A program made the position numbers and the translations under genes. Positions 47,184 to 57,384 of a stretch of 64,000 bases of DNA are shown in pieces (the first letter of the stretch is position 1; each line of letters starts with the position of its first letter). The DNA comes from a virus. The stretch lies in IMG/VR virus record IMGVR_UViG_3300045988_068596, one strand, 5' to 3'. The notes under the pieces were generated by a model that saw nothing but the letters and a program-made list of their open reading frames with translations, ran no database searches and was not told the DNA's origin.

Positions 47184-48656
47184 ATGAGTCAAATTCACAA
47201 ACAAACCATTTATAAAGCCATTAGTGAACCTTTGTTCGCAAAGGATGTTTTTAGTCGATTACCAATTGAAGATTTTAAAGAGGATGGATACGATATGATT
47301 GTATCCACCTTAAATCTTTATTATCGTACACACGATGCTCCGCTAGAGGAACAAACGTTGTTAACTCTTGTGGAAGACAAAATGTTGAAACAAAACAAAA
47401 GTTTAGAAGCACAGCAAGTTGCTTTTAACTTAGTAAGTGACCTTTACAAATTAGAGGAAGCAGAAACAGATTCAGAAGCAATTAGTGAAAGTGTTCAGAA
47501 CTATGTACGTAAGACTTTAACACGTGAAGCTATCATGGAAGCTGTAACGAATGATGGAGCATTAGGTTCTGACCAAAACATTCAGAGCCTTATGGAGTCT
47601 TTGCGTGGAATCATGACAATCGACACAGGCGGGCATGGAGCAGAACTTTTAGATTTCTTTGCTGATATTGATAAGAAAAAAGAACATCTACGTAATTTAC
47701 AACAAAACAAATATCCAACAGGTTTCATGGCTATTGATGCTATCTCTGATGGTGGTTTAGCCCGTGGTGAGGTTGGTATGGTTATTGCACCTACAGGTGG
47801 TGGTAAAACTACTTGGGCAGTAAACCAAGCTAGAAATTATGTTGTACGAGGTTTAAATGTATTGTACATTCCTCTGGAAGAAAAAATTGACCGTATGATT
47901 GTTCGTTTTGAGCAACTTTTATCTCAACAAAGCAAGAACAGTATCCTAGTTGATGGGGAGTTAAACGAACAGTTATATGACCAAATTCAACAAGCTTACG
48001 GTGCAGGTAAAGAACAATTAAACTGGGGGAACTTATGGATTCGTAAATACAAACCCCAAGAGCTAACTCCTAGTGGGCTATCTCAATTGATTTCTGACGT
48101 AATGATTCGTAAAGGGCAACAAATTGACGTAGTTATTATTGACTACCCTGATTTGATGAAGAATCCCCATTCAAGTGGTGGTAATGGAGAGTCAGATGCG
48201 GGCGGTAAATTATATGAAGATATTCGTTCCATTGCCCAAGAATATGATTTTGTTTGTTGGACTCTATCTCAGTTGAACCGTGCTAGTTATGGTCAAGAAG
48301 TGAAGAATGCCGGAGCAATTGAGGGTTCAAAACGTAAAATGAATGCGGTAGAATTAATCTTCACACTTAACCAAACACCAGAAGAGTTCCAAAGTGGGTT
48401 TATTCGTGCTTACGTAGACAAGTTACGTAATAACAGTGGTGTAGCTTATGATAAAATGTTGTACTTTAAAGTTATTCCGGAAACAATGACAATTCGTGAT
48501 GAGACCCAAGAAGAACGAATGGCTCATGCGAACTTGTTAGAACAAACAATGGAAGTAGCTAGGGATAACTACAAGAAGGAAAACAATTTTACACCAAAGG
48601 ATGCCCAAAGTAAAATTAACAGTTTAAACGCACAGCTAGCGGGAGGTCTAAAATAA
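47184..48656 (+). CDS. DnaB-like replicative DNA helicase (SF4)
   Basis: Walker A IAPTGGGKTTWA, Walker B VVIIDYPDLM, RecA-like C-terminal domain. Confidence 0.8.
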   Translation: MSQIHKQTIYKAISEPLFAKDVFSRLPIEDFKEDGYDMIVSTLNLYYRTHDAPLEEQTLLTLVEDKMLKQNKSLEAQQVAFNLVSDLYKLEEAETDSEAISESVQNYVRKTLTREAIMEAVTNDGALGSDQNIQSLMESLRGIMTIDTGGHGAELLDFFADIDKKKEHLRNLQQNKYPTGFMAIDAISDGGLARGEVGMVIAPTGGGKTTWAVNQARNYVVRGLNVLYIPLEEKIDRMIVRFEQLLSQQSKNSILVDGELNEQLYDQIQQAYGAGKEQLNWGNLWIRKYKPQELTPSGLSQLISDVMIRKGQQIDVVIIDYPDLMKNPHSSGGNGESDAGGKLYEDIRSIAQEYDFVCWTLSQLNRASYGQEVKNAGAIEGSKRKMNAVELIFTLNQTPEEFQSGFIRAYVDKLRNNSGVAYDKMLYFKVIPETMTIRDETQEERMAHANLLEQTMEVARDNYKKENNFTPKDAQSKINSLNAQLAGGLK

Positions 48657-49696
48657 TGAAACACATTATTAACTTTTCTGATTTTCATATGCACTTTTTT
48701 AAGGACTTCTCTAAGCCAGATGCTATTTATGGGACTGACCGAGCAAAAGAACAAATAAAGGTTCTTGAAGAATTAATGAATTACGCTCGTGAGGTTAAAG
48801 GAGACGTTTTATTTAATGGAGACCTGTTTCATAAACGGGTTTCTATTGATGTCAGAATATTCAATATGATGTTCGAGGTATTTAGTTCATATCCAGATGT
48901 ACCAATCATTATGGTTAGTGGTAACCACGATAAGGTAACGAACGCTCTAGCCTCTGACAGCGCTCTAGAAGCGTTTAATGCTTTACCTAATGTAACTGTC
49001 ATCTCTACAATGGAAAAGCTTGTACGGGACGAATACACGCTCTATGGAGTTAGTTACGGTGAAGAAGTAGACGAAATGAAGGAATGGATTGCAGAGGAAG
49101 CTAAAAAGCTAGACCCTAACACAATCAATATTCTTTGTGCTCATATCGGTGTTGACGGTTCTTCTACTGGACAGTATTCCCATACACTTAGTGGAGCATT
49201 CAAAGTAGCTGACTTGTACCCTGATAATTTTGATATTGTTACGCTTGGTCACTATCATAAACGACAATTCTTAGGTGGTCTATCTAATGTATTTTATGTA
49301 GGTAACACCTTACAGACTTCTTTTGCTGATGAAGGTCAAGCTAAAGGCTTCATGGACATTACCTTAGATGGTAAAGAATGGAGTATGGAATTTATTAAAG
49401 CAAACTATACCCCATTTATGACTGTAACAGCAGATACAGTGCCAGAAGACTTAAGTGGAGCATTTATTCAGTTTGTAGGTAATGTTACTGAAACCGAAGC
49501 TGTTAAAAAGCTTAAAGAAGACAATGACCTGTCTAACTTACGAATTAAAGTGCAGAAGGACTATTATGTACCTCCACGTATTGAGATTACCGCAGGTTCT
49601 ACCCCAGAAGAAGTTGTACGAGCATTCACTGATAAGAAGTATCCTGACTTACAGGACAAAGCTTTAGAATGTTTACGTATAGCTACAGAGATATAA
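48656..49696 (+). CDS. sbcD: SbcD/Mre11-like recombination nuclease (metallophosphoesterase)
   Basis: Motifs FSDFHM, GDLFHK, GNHD, GHYH. Start overlaps the upstream stop. Confidence 0.85.
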   Translation: MKHIINFSDFHMHFFKDFSKPDAIYGTDRAKEQIKVLEELMNYAREVKGDVLFNGDLFHKRVSIDVRIFNMMFEVFSSYPDVPIIMVSGNHDKVTNALASDSALEAFNALPNVTVISTMEKLVRDEYTLYGVSYGEEVDEMKEWIAEEAKKLDPNTINILCAHIGVDGSSTGQYSHTLSGAFKVADLYPDNFDIVTLGHYHKRQFLGGLSNVFYVGNTLQTSFADEGQAKGFMDITLDGKEWSMEFIKANYTPFMTVTADTVPEDLSGAFIQFVGNVTETEAVKKLKEDNDLSNLRIKVQKDYYVPPRIEITAGSTPEEVVRAFTDKKYPDLQDKALECLRIATEI

Positions 49697-49711
49697 ATTA
49701 ATAGATTTTTT

Positions 49712-49738
49712 AAGCCCAGAATGTTCTGGGCTTTTTTG
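49712..49738 (+). terminator. rho-independent terminator
   Basis: aagcccaga-atgt-tctgggctt stem followed by ttttt. Confidence 0.8.
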
Positions 49739-49748
49739 GCATACACCC

Positions 49749-49777
49749 TTGACATGTAAGTGCTTGTAATGTATACT
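49749..49777 (+). promoter_or_regulatory. sigma-A type promoter TTGACA-N17-TATACT
   Basis: Perfect -35 and 17-nt spacer, 37 nt before the SbcC RBS. Confidence 0.6.
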
Positions 49778-49814
49778 TATGTTAGTAACAGACATATACT
49801 TACAGGAGGTAAAA

Positions 49815-51707
49815 ATGTTAAAGTTTAAACGTGTAAGCGCAAAGAACTATCTCTCTATTGGAGAAGTATCTATCGACTTAGATAATCGAGGACTTGTTTT
49901 AATCGAGGGAATTAATGACACGAACGAAACGTTTCAGAGTAATGGTTCAGGTAAAAGTACGTTGCTTTCAACTGTCACTTATGCACTATATGGCACTACA
50001 CCTAGTGGTTTAAAAGCGGATGCTGTAATTAACAGACAGGTAAAAAAGAACATGTCTGTTATTTTAGAGTTTGAAAAAGACGGCATTCCATACAGAATTG
50101 AACGTTATCGTAAACATAGTAAATTTAAAAATACAACGAAGTTATTTCAGGGAGATACTGATTTAACACAAAAATCTGTAGCTGATACAGACAAAAAAAT
50201 CTTAGACATTTTCGGGATTGACTACCTTACATATGCAAATAGCATCATGTATGGACAAGGAAACGTAGAAATATTTGCTACTGCCACAGATAAAGGTAAG
50301 AAGCAGATATTAGAAAATCTGGCTGATATTGGTGTATACCGATATGCACAGGATGTAGCAAAAGAAAAAGAAAAAGAAGCTAATGCCTTAGTAGAAGAAC
50401 TTGGTAGACAACATATGACCAAGGTAGCTGAAATCGAAACATTAAAACAGGTTTATTCTAGTGCATTAGAGCAATATGCTAATACAGAAAGAATGATTGT
50501 TGCTCGGAAACAAGAGTATGAGGAAGCCAGAGTAAAATACACCGAGGCAGAAGACATGCTCACTCAAATGGAACAAGAAGTAACACCAAAGATTGAACAA
50601 CTAACTAAAGAGTTGGAAGCTTGTGCAGTTCCAGAAGATAGCTTTGCAATATCAGAGGAATTGCGAGAACAGCAGGCTAACCTGTTTAAGTTAAATCAAG
50701 CAAAAACTACTACACAACAAGCTATTAATAAAGCACAAGTAGATTTGAGTAACACTGAGCAAGCTACAAATTGTCAGTTATGTGGTGCACCTTTAGATGC
50801 GGAACATCGGCAAAAAGAGATGTTACGATTGCAACAAGAAATTCAGGAGAAACAAGCTTTCATTACACAATTGGATTCAGCAATTGTTGCTTACTCTGAT
50901 TTGGAACAGAAAGCTAAAGAAAAACAGGCAAGGGTACAGCAAGAAGTTAACGAAGTTGTTACAAAACAACGCAATATACAGTCAGCTATTAATGAACTAA
51001 ACAATCGTTTACGTACGGCTGAAAATGCTGTAGCACTTACACGGAACAATGTAACTAATCTATCAGGAGCCTTAGCTCACTTAGAGGGCATTCCGAAACC
51101 AGAATATGACACGGAAGCGGAAGCTCGTATTAAAGCAGAAATGGAAGACATTACTAAACGAAAAGAATTAGCAGAACAAGAAGCAAGACAATACCATATT
51201 TTAGCACTAGAAGTCTTCTCAAATAAAGGGATTCGTTCGGAGGTATTAGACCTAGTAACACCATTCTTAAATGAACGAGCTAATCACTATTTGTCTACTT
51301 TATCCGGTTCTGATATTGAAATTAGATTTAGTACACAGACAGAAAATGCAGACGGAAGTCTAAAAGATAAATTTGATTTAGAGGTAATTAACGGTTCTGG
51401 TGGAGACACCTACCAAGCAAACTCTGAGGGTGAGAAAAAGAGAATTGACCTAGCTATTTCTTTTGCCATCCAAGACTTGGTACAATCAAAAGCAAACATT
51501 GCTGTGAACCTAGGCTTATACGATGAATGTTTTGATGGCTTAGATTCTATCGGTTGTGAAAATGTGATTAAGATTTTGAAAGAAAGACAGAAAAACATTA
51601 GCAGTATCTTTGTTATTACACATAATGACAATCTCAAACCATTGTTCGAAAATGTAGTTACTATGCAAAAAACAGAAGGAAACTCCTTCTTAGTTGAAAA
51701 GAAGTAA
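49815..51707 (+). CDS. sbcC: SbcC/Rad50-like recombination ATPase
   Basis: Walker A NGSGKST, long coiled coil, CxxC zinc-hook CQLCGAPLD, signature GEKKRIDLAISFA and Walker B LYDECFDGLD. ATG at 49815 with RBS AGGAGG. Confidence 0.85.
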   Translation: MLKFKRVSAKNYLSIGEVSIDLDNRGLVLIEGINDTNETFQSNGSGKSTLLSTVTYALYGTTPSGLKADAVINRQVKKNMSVILEFEKDGIPYRIERYRKHSKFKNTTKLFQGDTDLTQKSVADTDKKILDIFGIDYLTYANSIMYGQGNVEIFATATDKGKKQILENLADIGVYRYAQDVAKEKEKEANALVEELGRQHMTKVAEIETLKQVYSSALEQYANTERMIVARKQEYEEARVKYTEAEDMLTQMEQEVTPKIEQLTKELEACAVPEDSFAISEELREQQANLFKLNQAKTTTQQAINKAQVDLSNTEQATNCQLCGAPLDAEHRQKEMLRLQQEIQEKQAFITQLDSAIVAYSDLEQKAKEKQARVQQEVNEVVTKQRNIQSAINELNNRLRTAENAVALTRNNVTNLSGALAHLEGIPKPEYDTEAEARIKAEMEDITKRKELAEQEARQYHILALEVFSNKGIRSEVLDLVTPFLNERANHYLSTLSGSDIEIRFSTQTENADGSLKDKFDLEVINGSGGDTYQANSEGEKKRIDLAISFAIQDLVQSKANIAVNLGLYDECFDGLDSIGCENVIKILKERQKNISSIFVITHNDNLKPLFENVVTMQKTEGNSFLVEKK

Positions 51708-51720
51708 GGATGGTAATTAC

Positions 51721-52380
51721 ATGAAATTATATTCAGTAGATAAAGGGCGTAACCTTGGAACGGTACTCGTCCCAACAAATGTAGGCTACACACAACGTTT
51801 AGACTTCCCGCTTGACACATTGTTTGATTGGTACCCATGTTGCCCAAGATATGATTACAAGTACAGTGATACACGAGATAAGATGTACATTGTAATGATT
51901 GAGGAAAATGAAAAGCTTCCGTTACGTTACAATGTTCCGTCTACAAAAAAACGTGTTAAGTCAAAAACAGCTTGCTTTATTACAGATACTTGGTATAATC
52001 AAGAAGTAGCTAATGACAACAAGAAGTTATTTAGCTTTGCTGAAAACTATGACATTGTAACTCCTAACAAAGAGAATTATACTCTGGAAGACATAAACAA
52101 GAGTATTGAACGTGTACAGGACATTTTAGACATGCTGTATACAGTTCAAGAAAAACAAGTAGAAAAAGACTTGATTGTTCGAGTTGGCACTTTGGAAAAA
52201 GAAGCTCCTGATTCAGAAGAATTGAAGGCAGTGCATCAGGAAATTAAAGAATACATGCAGTTAGACCGAGAGGGAAAAGCTTCACATGTATTAAGCTTAT
52301 TGCCCCAACATGCCGAAGAGTTATATGCAAACTTTGGAGAAGTTTACACAATGTTAAATCTAATGAAGAAAGTAGTGTAG
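51721..52380 (+). CDS. hypothetical protein
   Basis: ATG at 51721 with RBS AAGGATGG. The track's TTG start overlaps the SbcC gene end. Confidence 0.45.
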   Translation: MKLYSVDKGRNLGTVLVPTNVGYTQRLDFPLDTLFDWYPCCPRYDYKYSDTRDKMYIVMIEENEKLPLRYNVPSTKKRVKSKTACFITDTWYNQEVANDNKKLFSFAENYDIVTPNKENYTLEDINKSIERVQDILDMLYTVQEKQVEKDLIVRVGTLEKEAPDSEELKAVHQEIKEYMQLDREGKASHVLSLLPQHAEELYANFGEVYTMLNLMKKVV

Positions 52381-52383
52381 GAA

Positions 52384-53439
52384 ATGTTCTCAGACCTTCT
52401 AACAAATGAACTAGGCATACCAAAAGACATTGAACACGAATTGCGATATAACTGTCCGTTCTGTGAACCAAACCATGACTATAAATTATATGTCAAGGTT
52501 AGTGATGATAGTACGAATGGATTGTGGATTTGTTTTAAGTGTGGTCGTAAAGGTAACCCTATATCGTTTGTAATGGAATACTTTGGTGTCTCTTTTGAAG
52601 AAGCATTAGAGATTCTAGAGGGTTATGGTTACAGATTCCAGAATAAGAACTACATTCCAAAAGATGATTCATTAACGGATGAAGAGTACTTATTGTTACT
52701 ACTTGATACTGTAGGGAAACCTAAGACGGTAGAGGAGGAAGAAGAAGAAAAACTCACGCCCCCTCCTTTACCACAAGGATTCCAACTATTATCTCAAAAT
52801 CTATACAATCCGGAAGCATACCCATTTTTAGTTTATTGTCATAAACGAGGTTTTACTTTAAATGACATTATCCGACACAATATTGGGTATGTACTAGACA
52901 GCACAGTCAATCTTCCATCAGGAAGACAGATTAGGTTGAAGAACCATTTAGTATTTCTTACACATGGTGACGATGGACAGTATCAGTATTGGAATACACG
53001 TGCGATTGCTGATAGTTATATAAAGTCCTTTAATGCACCTAGTAAGGACGGAGAGTACTCCAAGAAGAATACTATATTCAATCTTAACATTGCATGTAAA
53101 ACTCCACAAGTAGTCATTACTGAGGGAGTTCCTGATGCACTAACTTTAGGAGAATCTGGTGTAGGTACATTTGGTAAACAGGTTACAGATGCGCAGATTA
53201 ATTTAATACTTAAGAGTGTTGCTCCTGAGCAACCAATTTATGTGTATCTAGATAAGGATGCAAAGAATGAGATAAAAAAACTTGCAGAGCGTTTGTATGA
53301 ACGACATAAAGAAACTTATATTGTTATAAGCCCTACAGACAAAGACCCGAACAGTATTGGTAAAGAGAGTGCTTGGGAAATTATTAAGAACCATTCTGTA
53401 AAGGCAGACGGTGTAGGTATAATCAAATTGATGTTATAG
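52384..53439 (+). CDS. DNA primase (DnaG-type zinc finger plus TOPRIM)
   Basis: CHC2-like zinc finger CPFCEPNHD...CFKCGRKG. TOPRIM motifs VVITEGVPDALTL and YLDKD. Confidence 0.8.
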   Translation: MFSDLLTNELGIPKDIEHELRYNCPFCEPNHDYKLYVKVSDDSTNGLWICFKCGRKGNPISFVMEYFGVSFEEALEILEGYGYRFQNKNYIPKDDSLTDEEYLLLLLDTVGKPKTVEEEEEEKLTPPPLPQGFQLLSQNLYNPEAYPFLVYCHKRGFTLNDIIRHNIGYVLDSTVNLPSGRQIRLKNHLVFLTHGDDGQYQYWNTRAIADSYIKSFNAPSKDGEYSKKNTIFNLNIACKTPQVVITEGVPDALTLGESGVGTFGKQVTDAQINLILKSVAPEQPIYVYLDKDAKNEIKKLAERLYERHKETYIVISPTDKDPNSIGKESAWEIIKNHSVKADGVGIIKLML

Positions 53440-53448
53440 GAGGTACGT

Positions 53449-54330
53449 ATGAGTAACATTAAGTATGAAGTACATTGGGTACATCACCAATTAGGAGTAG
53501 ACAAAACACATGGTGTATTTGGAACACTAGATAAAGCTATTGAGTCCATCTATGATTGGTGGACACAGAATGACTACAATCCACCATATGTTCGTATGTG
53601 GACAGTAGACGGTGTAACTACATTGGACTACGGGTTTCACTATATGTTCTATAAAATCAAAGAAATAAAGGAGACTAATGAATTGAATCCAGTAGTTAAG
53701 TTTACAAAGAGCGAGGGAGCCATTGCCCCAAAACGAGGACGAGAAGCTGATGTAGCACACGACTTGTTTACAGATAAGGATGCTGTAATTTTACCGGGAA
53801 GACTGGGAGCAACAGTAGTTACTACAGGAATTAGAACAGCTTTTGACCCTAATTTGTATGGTCTGTTTATCAACCCACGTGGTGGCATGATGAAATACCC
53901 ATTAACTCTAGGCAATACACAAGGTGTTGTTGAAGGAGAATATCGTGGGGATGTTGGGCTTCCTCTTAAGAATACTTTCTCTTTACAATTCGGAGAATAT
54001 ACTAACGCTACTCGTGTTTTAGTTATTACCGAAGACGGTAAGCTTGTAGGAAAACCAGTTAAAGAAGTACGTGAAAGCTATCCAGAATTTGATAAGCTTT
54101 ATGAAGAACAGCTAACTAAATTAGGTAATGAGCTAGATTTAATCTATGACAATATATTTACTGGTGTTTCTGAAACCTATGTTGTTGCAGGAACTATCTT
54201 TATTCCAAAAGGTACTCGTTTATGTCAAGCATTCTTGCTTCCACGTTACGCTACTAATTTTGTTGAAGTAGACGAATTAGACGAAACAGAACGTGGTGAA
54301 GGTGCATATGGTTCGTCTGGTGTTAAATAA
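53449..54330 (+). CDS. dut: trimeric dUTPase with ~95-aa N-terminal extension
   Basis: All five dUTPase motifs in order: VAHDL, PRGGMM, GVVEGEYRGDVGL, RLCQ, ERGEGAYGSSG. RBS AGGAGGT. Confidence 0.7.
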   Translation: MSNIKYEVHWVHHQLGVDKTHGVFGTLDKAIESIYDWWTQNDYNPPYVRMWTVDGVTTLDYGFHYMFYKIKEIKETNELNPVVKFTKSEGAIAPKRGREADVAHDLFTDKDAVILPGRLGATVVTTGIRTAFDPNLYGLFINPRGGMMKYPLTLGNTQGVVEGEYRGDVGLPLKNTFSLQFGEYTNATRVLVITEDGKLVGKPVKEVRESYPEFDKLYEEQLTKLGNELDLIYDNIFTGVSETYVVAGTIFIPKGTRLCQAFLLPRYATNFVEVDELDETERGEGAYGSSGVK

Positions 54331-54566
54331 TGGCTAGTCGTATACCGGATTTAAAGATGCCACTTCTTTATCTTGTAGGAAGTGCTTCTATTGGTACTCG
54401 TGAGCATGGCTGTGATGTAACAGTTACCTTACGAGACTTTTATGTAGACACCCCTGATGACAAGTTAGAGCAACTAATAACTTTGACGTACAAAGAAGAC
54501 AAAATTGAAAATTTTACACGACTTAGTGCAGATAAATGTTCATTTCGTGTTATACTAGGAGAGTAG
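54330..54566 (+). CDS. hypothetical small protein
   Basis: ORF in a tightly packed small-gene cluster. Start overlaps the upstream stop. Confidence 0.4.
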   Translation: MASRIPDLKMPLLYLVGSASIGTREHGCDVTVTLRDFYVDTPDDKLEQLITLTYKEDKIENFTRLSADKCSFRVILGE

Positions 54567-54569
54567 ACA

Positions 54570-54881
54570 ATGAAAGAATCACCAAGTGTAAAACTTACAG
54601 AAACTCATACAGTTACTCTTGTAAACACTGACGTACTTAAAGTAGGACAGGTTATTGGCTTTAGAGTTAACAGTCCTAAGCAAGTAGGCGCAGAAGTAGT
54701 AGATGTTTATTCCGAAGCTGTCGGTGTTATTGAACGTATCTGGTCAGAACGAATTGAGGTCTTAAACCTGATTACAGGTGGTCGTACAGACCTATGGGCA
54801 AATACGTTCGATTGGAGAGAAATTGAAATACTGTCAGATGCGGAACATCTGTTGGAGGCGTATAAGAATGGAATTTGCTGA
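54570..54881 (+). CDS. hypothetical small protein
   Basis: RBS GGAGAG just upstream. Confidence 0.4.
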   Translation: MKESPSVKLTETHTVTLVNTDVLKVGQVIGFRVNSPKQVGAEVVDVYSEAVGVIERIWSERIEVLNLITGGRTDLWANTFDWREIEILSDAEHLLEAYKNGIC

Positions 54882-55179
54882 GTATTTCAATAAAATGCAA
54901 GAACATTATGCAAAAGGTGAAACTGTTGAGGTAGAAAAGCTTGTTAAAAGCGATGGTTCAAAACTAGTTACCTATGCTGAGTTTGAGGATGCTTTAGCTA
55001 CTGTAGCACAGGTTACTACACTTGCTATTGAAGAAGCATTCCAAGCACAGGAAGCTAAGTTTGGTCTTGTACTAAAAACATTAAGAGAACAAAAAGTTAT
55101 CTCAGAAGATACTGAAAAAGCTATTCTTGCTGAGTTTAATAATATAAATGAACTTATGGAGGACGACATTAATGAGTAA
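54868..55179 (+). CDS. hypothetical acidic protein
   Basis: ATG at 54868 with RBS GGAGG 10 nt upstream. The track's longer start lies inside the upstream gene. Confidence 0.45.
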   Translation: MEFAEYFNKMQEHYAKGETVEVEKLVKSDGSKLVTYAEFEDALATVAQVTTLAIEEAFQAQEAKFGLVLKTLREQKVISEDTEKAILAEFNNINELMEDDINE

Positions 55180-55540
55180 AAAAGCAAAACGTGTAGGATT
55201 TATTTCTGAGGAAGACATGAGAACATGGACAGAGTATTTAGCTACAGGACATGTTCATGATAAAAACCATGCAAAACAGTTAGAACGTTTAAGTAAACGT
55301 GATATTAGCTTAGGGGACGTGGCTACTGTCGTAGATTTCATGTCAAGACGTAATGATGGTTATATCACTGCTCTAATCGAACAAAACTCTGTTAATGAAA
55401 AATTACTTAATAAATTGGGCGTAACAGATGAAATGCGTAATGAAGCGAAAGCCGAATACGAAGTTGAATTGAAACAAGCACAGGAAGAAATTAAAAAGTT
55501 ACAAGAAGAGCTAGCTGAAAAACTACAAAAGGGTGAGTAA
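55172..55540 (+). CDS. hypothetical protein with C-terminal coiled coil
   Basis: ATG at 55172 with RBS GGAGGA. Confidence 0.45.
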   Translation: MSKKAKRVGFISEEDMRTWTEYLATGHVHDKNHAKQLERLSKRDISLGDVATVVDFMSRRNDGYITALIEQNSVNEKLLNKLGVTDEMRNEAKAEYEVELKQAQEEIKKLQEELAEKLQKGE

Positions 55541-55541
55541 T

Positions 55542-56189
55542 ATGAGCACACATGAGGAATTACAGAAACTCGGTCTAGTTGACGAACAAGGTAGCTTAAA
55601 GATAGAAGCTAGAAAAACAATGGAAACTCCGTTACAAGCTTTAGCCGATTTATTAAACGATAAGGTATCCAGTGATTCTGGGGTATACGTAAGCGACTGC
55701 TTTCAAAGTGTTATGATTCGAGAGGAAAGACCTTATCGAGTAGTTAAGGGGTTGCATGATATTCCTACGTTGGTATTTTCGGGAACAGTTTACCCATTGG
55801 ATAGACTAACCTGTTATCCAGACATTCATAATATTAACTATCAGGATGTAAGTTTATTTAAACCTGTTAAAGAGGAGCATGTAGACCAAATAATTTTCAT
55901 GGTACAAAACCTTTATAATTTGAACAATAGAAACAACAATTTGTATATGCAGTTTAAGAGATACCAATGTGGAAAAGTTACCTATGAAGAAATAATGAAC
56001 ACACTTAAGTCTAATATGGAGTTCTGGTCTGTACCTAATTATGTAGAATCATTAGTTGAAGAGTATTATGTGAACCCACATCTATTCGATGTTAAAACAC
56101 CTGTAGAACAACTAATTGAACAAGTAGAACTTATTGAGTCTAGACGTAAACGTGTTAAAGAAAGGGATGACGAGAGTACCCATGACTGA
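55542..56189 (+). CDS. hypothetical protein
   Basis: ATG at 55542 overlaps the upstream stop. RBS AAGGGTGAG. Confidence 0.45.
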   Translation: MSTHEELQKLGLVDEQGSLKIEARKTMETPLQALADLLNDKVSSDSGVYVSDCFQSVMIREERPYRVVKGLHDIPTLVFSGTVYPLDRLTCYPDIHNINYQDVSLFKPVKEEHVDQIIFMVQNLYNLNNRNNNLYMQFKRYQCGKVTYEEIMNTLKSNMEFWSVPNYVESLVEEYYVNPHLFDVKTPVEQLIEQVELIESRRKRVKERDDESTHD

Positions 56190-56859
56190 TTACAGTGCAG
56201 TAGGAAGAAAGTCAAAATCTAAAGGTGCTCGGTTTGAACTAGAAACAGCTAAAAATTTATCTAAGTGGTGGGGACATGACTTTCACCGTGTCCCCGCTTC
56301 TGGTGGCTTACATTGGAAAGGGAGTAACAATGTTGTTGGAGATATTGTAGCTCCTATAGAGGCAGGATTTCCTTTTGTTGTTGAATGTAAAAACCGTGAA
56401 GAATGGACTATAGAGAACTTATTTCTCAATAATAAAGAAATAAAAAATTGGTGGGCACAGGTTGTTGGTGATGCTAAAGAATCTGGTAAGATTCCTATGC
56501 TTATCTTTACCCGTAATCGTGCTAAAACTTTTGTGATGATGGCTTACAACGAAGACCTCATCAAAGAAATCGAAGACCGTGGTTATCCTCTTATGGTCTC
56601 TAATGTAGAGTATGTAGACGGGTATAAAGATACCCATTGTTATAAGACATTTACTACTGTGTTAGAAGCTATTACAAGCTTTAAACCTCGTAAGAGCCAA
56701 GGGGAAGAACATCTACTCCATTATTTTAACCCAAAAGAGTATGATTGGCAAAAATCTGGTCTTGTCCGAGAAACAAAAAAGATGGAAGAAGCAAAACAAC
56801 TTGATGTTGAGGAGTCTTTGGACTTACTTGTTAATTCCTATTTAGAAGGAGAAAAATAA
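56167..56859 (+). CDS. PD-(D/E)XK nuclease, Holliday-junction-resolvase-like
   Basis: GARFELETAKNLSKWWGHDFHRVPASGG...GDIV...FPFVVECKNRE fits a resolvase-type nuclease core. Start is ambiguous between 56167 and 56182. Confidence 0.5.
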   Translation: MTRVPMTDYSAVGRKSKSKGARFELETAKNLSKWWGHDFHRVPASGGLHWKGSNNVVGDIVAPIEAGFPFVVECKNREEWTIENLFLNNKEIKNWWAQVVGDAKESGKIPMLIFTRNRAKTFVMMAYNEDLIKEIEDRGYPLMVSNVEYVDGYKDTHCYKTFTTVLEAITSFKPRKSQGEEHLLHYFNPKEYDWQKSGLVRETKKMEEAKQLDVEESLDLLVNSYLEGEK

Positions 56860-57224
56860 TGGCAGAAAGAAACTTTCCAGAAGCTATTAAAACTTACTAT
56901 TCTTACTTACGTGTTCCTGATTTAAAAGAACAAGTATCCAGTATCTCTATTGATTTTGTAGAGAACTGGACAGGTCAAGAAGAACGGTATGTACTTGATA
57001 CGCTCACTTCTGAAATTAAGCCTCGTTTATACAGCTTAGAAACAGCGTATATCATTGAGGGCTTTTCACTACCGGAAAAAGAAGTTGACGTAAACGTAGA
57101 TGAATTGAGTAAAGAAGTAGCCGAGTTCTTTAAAAAAGCATCTACAGACTTGAAAGAAGCAATTGAGGCATCTAATGACAATCAACCAAGTCATTCAGAA
57201 GATACTGAACCGATTAACGATTGA
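56859..57224 (+). CDS. hypothetical acidic protein
   Basis: ATG overlaps the upstream stop. RBS GGAGAAAAA. Confidence 0.45.
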   Translation: MAERNFPEAIKTYYSYLRVPDLKEQVSSISIDFVENWTGQEERYVLDTLTSEIKPRLYSLETAYIIEGFSLPEKEVDVNVDELSKEVAEFFKKASTDLKEAIEASNDNQPSHSEDTEPIND

Positions 57225-57384
57225 CCAATTAGAAGTCACTCCTGCGATGGTAGACGTTGTTCTCGAATATCTACCCGCAGGATTGCTTTTAACAGCCAAT
57301 AACGAGGGTTGGGATGCGGTAGAGCCTGACCTGCAAGAAGTGGTTATTTCCAATTTGGAAAAAATGAGAGGAGCATCTAAATGA
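57163..57384 (+). CDS. hypothetical small protein (start uncertain)
   Basis: Overlaps the upstream gene by ~60 nt. No clear RBS. Confidence 0.25.
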   Translation: MRHLMTINQVIQKILNRLTIDQLEVTPAMVDVVLEYLPAGLLLTANNEGWDAVEPDLQEVVISNLEKMRGASK

